From Tubiluchus corallicola (Eukaryota; Animalia; Priapulida), in NCBI GenBank assembly GCA_030141605.1, contig JAQGDQ010001968.1, forward strand, positions 1 to 19,117: 19,117 nucleotides of DNA. Direction: 5' to 3'. Position numbers and translations under genes: made by a program. Each line of letters begins with the position of its first letter. Position 1 is the first letter of the stretch. The notes under the pieces were generated by a model, which searched no databases, was not told where the DNA came from, and saw nothing but the letters and a program-made list of their open reading frames with translations. Below, one piece after another: positions 14,401 through 19,117 of this stretch.

Positions 14401-14572
14401 GCCCTTCAATGTCTGGTCGTCTGCAAAGTTTAATGATGCTACTGGAATGTTTGAATATCCAGATGGTTCAAGCTTTGGTTATTATGATGCCATTGCAGAA
14501 GAGTTTGTTTGGACAGGCTATAATGCTTGGTTAGAAGCAGATGATATTCCAACAGTTGAAGAATTTTTAGAG
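14401..14572 (+). CDS. Exon: middle of the third CTLD
   Basis: Acceptor TTTTTTGCAG|G, donor GAG|GTATCA, phase 2 in and 0 out. Encodes (W)PFNVWSSAKFNDATGMFEYPDGSSFGYYDAIAEEFVWTGYNAWLEADDIPTVEEFLE; VWSSA and FEYPDGS correspond to the WIGL and F-x-W-x-DGS motifs. Confidence 0.88.
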
Positions 14573-14827
14573 GTATCAGGATTTGTTAAATAAAAATCAA
14601 AGATCTTTAATGCCATGGAAATAATTATTTATTGGAACTATTAATAAAAAACTCAGGAAAATGAAAACGATAAAGTGTTCAATACATCACTAGATACCAT
14701 TTTTAGGTGGAAAGAAAAATAGCCACGCCCTGTTACTTTGGCTATTGTTTAATGTCTAACAGCCATGTGGCTTTGCATATTGTTTAACAAACAAGTCTGA
14801 CAGCCGTGTGACTTTAGCTGTTGTTTA

Positions 14828-15047
14828 ACAATGCACGTCCGCATGACGTTGGCTATTGTTCGACAATGCACGTCCGCATGACGTTGGCTATTGTTCGACA
14901 ATGCACGTCCGCATGACGTTGGCTATTGTTCGACAATGCACGTCCGCATGACGTTGGCTATTGTTCGACAATGCACGTCCGCATGACGTTGGCTATTGTT
15001 CGACAATGCACGTCCGCATGACGTTGGCTATTGTTCGACAATGCACG
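14828..15047. repeat. 35-bp unit minisatellite, 6 identical copies plus a partial
   Basis: Unit ACAATGCACGTCCGCATGACGTTGGCTATTGTTCG, head to tail, no spacers; degenerate related sequence at about 14735-14827. Confidence 0.97.
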
Positions 15048-15307
15048 CCTGACTACTATGTTGCTCTGTTTACCAACAAGACATCACTGAGCAGGGACAA
15101 AAAACAAAAGATCACTGAAAACACAGCAATTGTTGTAGCAATTTAGTAAGCCTTTTTAGCCAAAATGTTGCTGTTATATAGAAATGTTCAGATACACTGT
15201 TTGTGGTGTATTAAGCAGAAAAACGCAGAGGAACGTAACTGCTTCTAAACTGTTGCAGATGCATTCTTTGAATTCTCTTATTAATGATATTTTGTCCTTA
15301 ATCTAAT

Positions 15308-15697
15308 AAATGTTAACATATTTAGATTTTGCACTGAAAGATTTAAACACTTCAGCATTGATCCTTAGAAATAAATCCACTTGGGGCATTGCAGCGTGTA
15401 GGGAGTCCTGGCATAGAGAGGTGAGCAGAATCATGTCCCTGGACGTGTGATTCATTGAAGAAGAAGAAAGAAGCTACAGCAGGACAATGAGCATAGCAGC
15501 TGTGCGTCACAAACCCCATGGCAACCTATTGTTCCAGCTAAGCTGTGCCTTGCTGCTGTTTGAAATTTTACACAATTTTTTTTTACAAATATCATTAGTG
15601 CTGAAAAAGTTTAGGTCCTGCATTTAGATAAATAACATAATTATTTCCGTTGGATATTTCATTAGCTATTTGAAGATGCTAGCTACTTTTGTTTAAA
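15308..15697 (+). mobile_element. 390-bp inverted copy of 12661-13050 (RTE 3' end plus downstream sequence)
   Basis: Ungapped reverse-complement match with about 5 substitutions counted by eye. Confidence 0.93.
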
Positions 15698-15772
15698 AAG
15701 TATGACCTGAAATTTTATACCACTCATATACTGCCTTTTACATACAGGGCTGTAACGCTGTATAAAACATGT

Positions 15773-16363
15773 AAATTTAAACTCTCGCTATGACCGTTAG
15801 ATGCAGACATTTTGACGATAAATTTCAATCAAGTTTAAATAACATTGTGTAAAGTTTGAAAAAATAATGAGAACATTCGTAGCGCACACGTCACTAATTT
15901 CTGGTAAAATTTTAAATTTCTATATCTTGTTAATAAGATTAAAAATGCGTTTTTTGGTTAGTGAGTGGTGCACTCTGGAGGGTGAGCCAGTAACACTTTA
16001 CCATTTGGTGTAAGCATTTTAGATAATTAATAATTTTCTAGTTACTTTTCTAGAAATTTTCTTTTCTAGTTACATATATCTTTCAAGCAGGTAAGCGAAA
16101 TATAAAGTAATATAATTTTGCATGGAAAGTTTTTTGGGACATAGTTTAACATTTCCTTTTCTTCCCCTGATTTTATTTTGTGCATATATGACGTCATGTA
16201 ATAGCGCTGTGGGAACAGTATTACGGGAGATATAAAATAAAAATAAACAAAAAATCCTTTCAACGTAAGTACGATATTCGCATAAAATTGCTATAAAGTT
16301 GCATAATTTTTAAGGCGTTTTTTCTGAAATCTCGTTCAGGTACCCCCCCTTTCTTGTCCTTTA
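15773..16363 (+). mobile_element. Truncated copy of the left part of element B
   Basis: Aligns with 11451-12005 from AAATTTAAACTC through TTGGTTAGTGAGTGGTGCAC to GGTACCCC...TTCTTGTCCTTTA. Confidence 0.8.
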
Positions 16364-16515
16364 ACATTTTTCAGTTGTTCATTGTAGATGGTCCATTGTA
16401 TATGCCGTGTGTGTTTCCTTAAATTACAATCTTTTAGTCAATATTCGCAGCACTTACATAACTGTATTATTACACAATATACATGTTTACATAAACTTTT
16501 TTGATTCTTTTTTAG

Positions 16516-16624
16516 GATGAAAATTGTGTGACAATGAAAACCACAGAACCATACGAGTGGCACGATGCCAAATGCAAGGATGACCATGCTTTCATATGTG
16601 AGACAGCTGCAGCTATACCTGAAG
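16516..16624 (+). CDS. Exon: C-terminal part of the third CTLD
   Basis: Acceptor TTTTTTAG|GAT, donor AAG|GTAAAC, phase 0 in and 1 out. Encodes DENCVTMKTTEPYEWHDAKCKDDHAFICETAAAIPE, a classic ENCV...W-x-D-x-x-C...FICE. Not in the ORF track in this frame. Confidence 0.95.
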
Positions 16625-16772
16625 GTAAACTGCACTAACTGCTTCAAATATCTAAAAAAAATGTTGTTATTCAATGGCTTCAGCACTGTTAGAGTCTCAG
16701 AGAGGCATTTTTACAAAAAATTCTCAATCTCTCCTTCAGTAGTACCTCCTACCTACCGATTCTGTGTAGTTT

Positions 16773-17712
16773 AAAAGTATTTTTACAGCCCCCACCTCAA
16801 CGATCAGCCCCCTCCCCCACGGTCCCTACTGGCTGGTTGTAGGTAGTTCAATGCCCCAGGCAAAAGTATTTTTACAGCCACCACCTCAACGATCAGCCCC
16901 TCCCCCACGCTCCCTACGGGCTGGTTGTAGGTAGTTCAATGCCCCAGGCAAAAGTATTTTTACAGACCCCACCTCAACGATCAGCCCCTTCCCCCACGGT
17001 CCCTACGGGTCGGCTGTAGGTAGTTCAATGCCCCTGGCAAAAGCATTTTTACCGCCCCCTCCTCAACGATCAGCCCCTTCCCCCACGGTCCCTACGGGCT
17101 GGCTGGAGGTAGTTCAATGCCCCAGGCAAAAGCATTTTTACCGCCTCCTCCTCAACGATCAGCCCCTTCCCCCATGGTCTCTACGGACCGGTTGTAGGTA
17201 GTTCAATGCCCCAGGCAAAAGCATTTTTACCGCCCCCTCCTCAACGATCAGCCTCTTCCCCCATGGTCTCTACGGACCGGTTGTAGGTAGTTCAATGCCC
17301 CAGACAAAAGCATTTTTACCGCCCCCTCCTCAACGATCAGCCCCTTCCCCCATGGTCTCTACGGACCGGTTGTAGGTAGTTCAATGCCCCAGACAAAAGC
17401 ATTTTTACCGCCCCCTCCTCAACGATCAGCCCCTTCCCCCACGGTCTCTACGGACCGGTTGTAGGTAGTTCAATGCCCCAGACAAAAGCATTTTTACCAC
17501 CCCCTCCTCAACGATCAGCCCTTCCCCCACGGTCCCTACGGGCTGGCTGGAGGTAGTTCAATGCCCCAGACAAAAGCATTTTTACCGCCCCCTCGTCAAC
17601 GATCAGCCCCTTCCCCCATGGTCTCTACGGACCGGTTGTAGGTAGTTCAATGCCCCAGACAAAAGCATTTTTACCACCCCCTCCTCAACGATCAGCCCCT
17701 TCCGCCACGGGC
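16773..17712. repeat. 88-89-bp unit C-rich minisatellite, about 10.5 copies
   Basis: CGATCAG recurs at 16801, 16890, 16978, 17067, 17156, 17245, 17334, 17423, 17512, 17600 and 17689. Confidence 0.97.
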
Positions 17713-17989
17713 TCACTCACTCCAAATGTTGAATCTTCATGTACAATATTAATCATAAAACTAATAGGATTACATGCAAATATTTTATATTTACTATTTT
17801 TTCAAATAAATCACAATTTTTCAAATATTTTATATAACTTCATTAATTTTTTATAAAGTTAATACTCTTAATTAATTACTTACAAGTTAGAAATATAAAA
17901 CACAGTCAGTACGTAATAATGTTAGCCAACTCTGAAAAGTTATGTTAAACAAACCCACAAATATGTAAATGCATCCGCATTGCTATAAG

Positions 17990-18800
17990 CACTGGTGCGC
18001 TTGTGGATCAGATTACATTGCACCAACTTGTATAGGCATCCTGCAATGCTGCTGACCAACGGTCAGTCAATGCTGAAAAATGGACGGCTGACCTCACAAT
18101 GATTGACGGGTAACCAATAAACTTTGACGTCGTACACTATAGATATGCCTATGCTCTCAAGTGAGAAATCAGTCCTCAGAAAGTTTGAAGCGAGAATTGA
18201 AAATAATCGTCCAGAAGAGACTGATTGCGCAACAGTTGATAAGGTGTTTTTCCGTCATCTCTTAGCAGAAATCCCTTCAACTTTTGTGCTGCTTGCATGG
18301 CATATGCTGATCAAACTTCGCAAAATGCATGGCCAAAATGTGCACACAGTTTTTGATTGCTTAGTAATGTCATCAGTGAAACACTCCGAAAGAGATAAAA
18401 GTGATCATTTAATAAGTGAAGATGCACAAAATGGAATCTTGGGACCTGCAATGAAATGCCAACTGACTTTATGAAGCATTTAAAGAATAACAATTATCAG
18501 AATGCTTGTTAAGTGTGTGGCTTCCTTTGGTGACAATAACAAGATGATATGCAAAGAAGAGTGTAATCTCAAAACATCTTTGATGAAGAAGCTGATTACA
18601 GGATGGCACATCACATCACAGCTTCACTGGCTCTTGGCCTATAAGGTGACCAACTGTCGTGATGAGCAGTAATTGCGCTGCAACCAAATTCCAAAGTTTG
18701 ATACTTGAGGATCAAGCACCAGCTTCAAAAGATTATCGTAAATCAAACATAAACCAGGCCCAAGCATTTTTCTTGTTGACTAACATTACAAGTGACCAAC
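17990..18800 (+). mobile_element. Decayed DNA transposon coding fragment with XPG/PIN-like motifs (AcademX-like)
   Basis: ORF 18124-18474 shows KS-x-L-x-K-x-E, VDKVFF-x-HLL, PSTF, VH-x-VFD, S-x-K-x-x-ER and ILGP. Downstream, 18585-18614 reads EEADYRMAHH, like the (H)EEADTR motif of this protein class. Interrupted by stops and frameshifts; boundaries approximate; family recalled, not searched. Confidence 0.6.
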
Positions 18801-18974
18801 TCTAGTGACCTATTTTAACAGGTATCGACAGGTGTACATCCAGGTATAGGCAGCTAGTGCCATCTAGTAGAAAAAACATGTGAAAATTTTATAACAGACT
18901 GTTACATATATAGTCAGTGGCCATGTGAGTCTAGATATGTTTTGTGTAAGAAGCAACCCAAGCCTCGTTTGGTG

Positions 18975-19117
18975 AACAAGTTGTGCACACTGAGATGGTA
19001 ATTTGGTGCTGTTTTAACAGGTGTCATATTTTAATAATATTTAAGAATTGTCTTTTCTAGTTACTTAAGTCTTTCAAAGAGCTAAGCGTAATGCTAAGTA
19101 ATATAACTTTGTGTGGA
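18975..19117 (+). mobile_element. Diverged fragment of the element B family running off the window end
   Basis: TTCTAGTTACTTAAGTCTTTC...AATGCTAAGTAATATAACTTTGTGTGGA aligns with 11709-11771 and about 16064-16106. Confidence 0.65.

Noticed and set aside
14828-15047. CRISPR-like array (35-bp identical repeats)
   Set aside because: The repeats are contiguous with no spacers, there are no cas genes, and the context is a eukaryotic intron.
16740-16774. Possible short terminal exon (V)VPPTYRFCVV-stop after CTCCTTCAG
   Set aside because: The phase fits, but the region looks like a decayed unit of the adjacent 89-bp repeat and nothing else supports it; it needs cDNA.
16773-17712. Pro-rich coding repeat or micro-exon array (TTTTACAG ... 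GTAG|GTAGTT in each unit)
   Set aside because: The unit is 88-89 bp with stops, the implied introns are only about 35 nt, and the AG is lost after the third copy.

Overview
AT-rich metazoan (probably invertebrate) genomic DNA, not prokaryotic; most ORFs in the supplied track are artefacts of repeats. The backbone is an internal part of one spliced + strand gene encoding tandem C-type lectin-like domains (CTLDs). Seven exons (<1-113, 1784-1991, 2546-2649, 3648-3824, 10138-10312, 14401-14572, 16516-16624) join in frame at GT-AG junctions. They give the end of one CTLD and two complete, atypical CTLDs, one with a poly-Glu insertion. The gene start and end are not seen. The introns are almost entirely repeats: five different minisatellites (50, 64, 76, 35 and 89 bp units), a decayed CR1/L2-type LINE with a (CTA)n tail and 5-bp target duplication, an RTE-type LINE 3' fragment with a near-identical inverted second copy on the other side of an exon, several nested non-autonomous DNA elements (hAT-like, piggyBac-like, Helitron-like, long inverted-arm elements), and a decayed XPG/PIN-domain (AcademX-like) transposase fragment. 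I see no new multi-gene system. The best leads are the acidic-insert lectin, its splice-phase modularity and the inverted repeats around exon 14401-14572. All alignments were done by eye, and family names come from motif recognition, not database searches.
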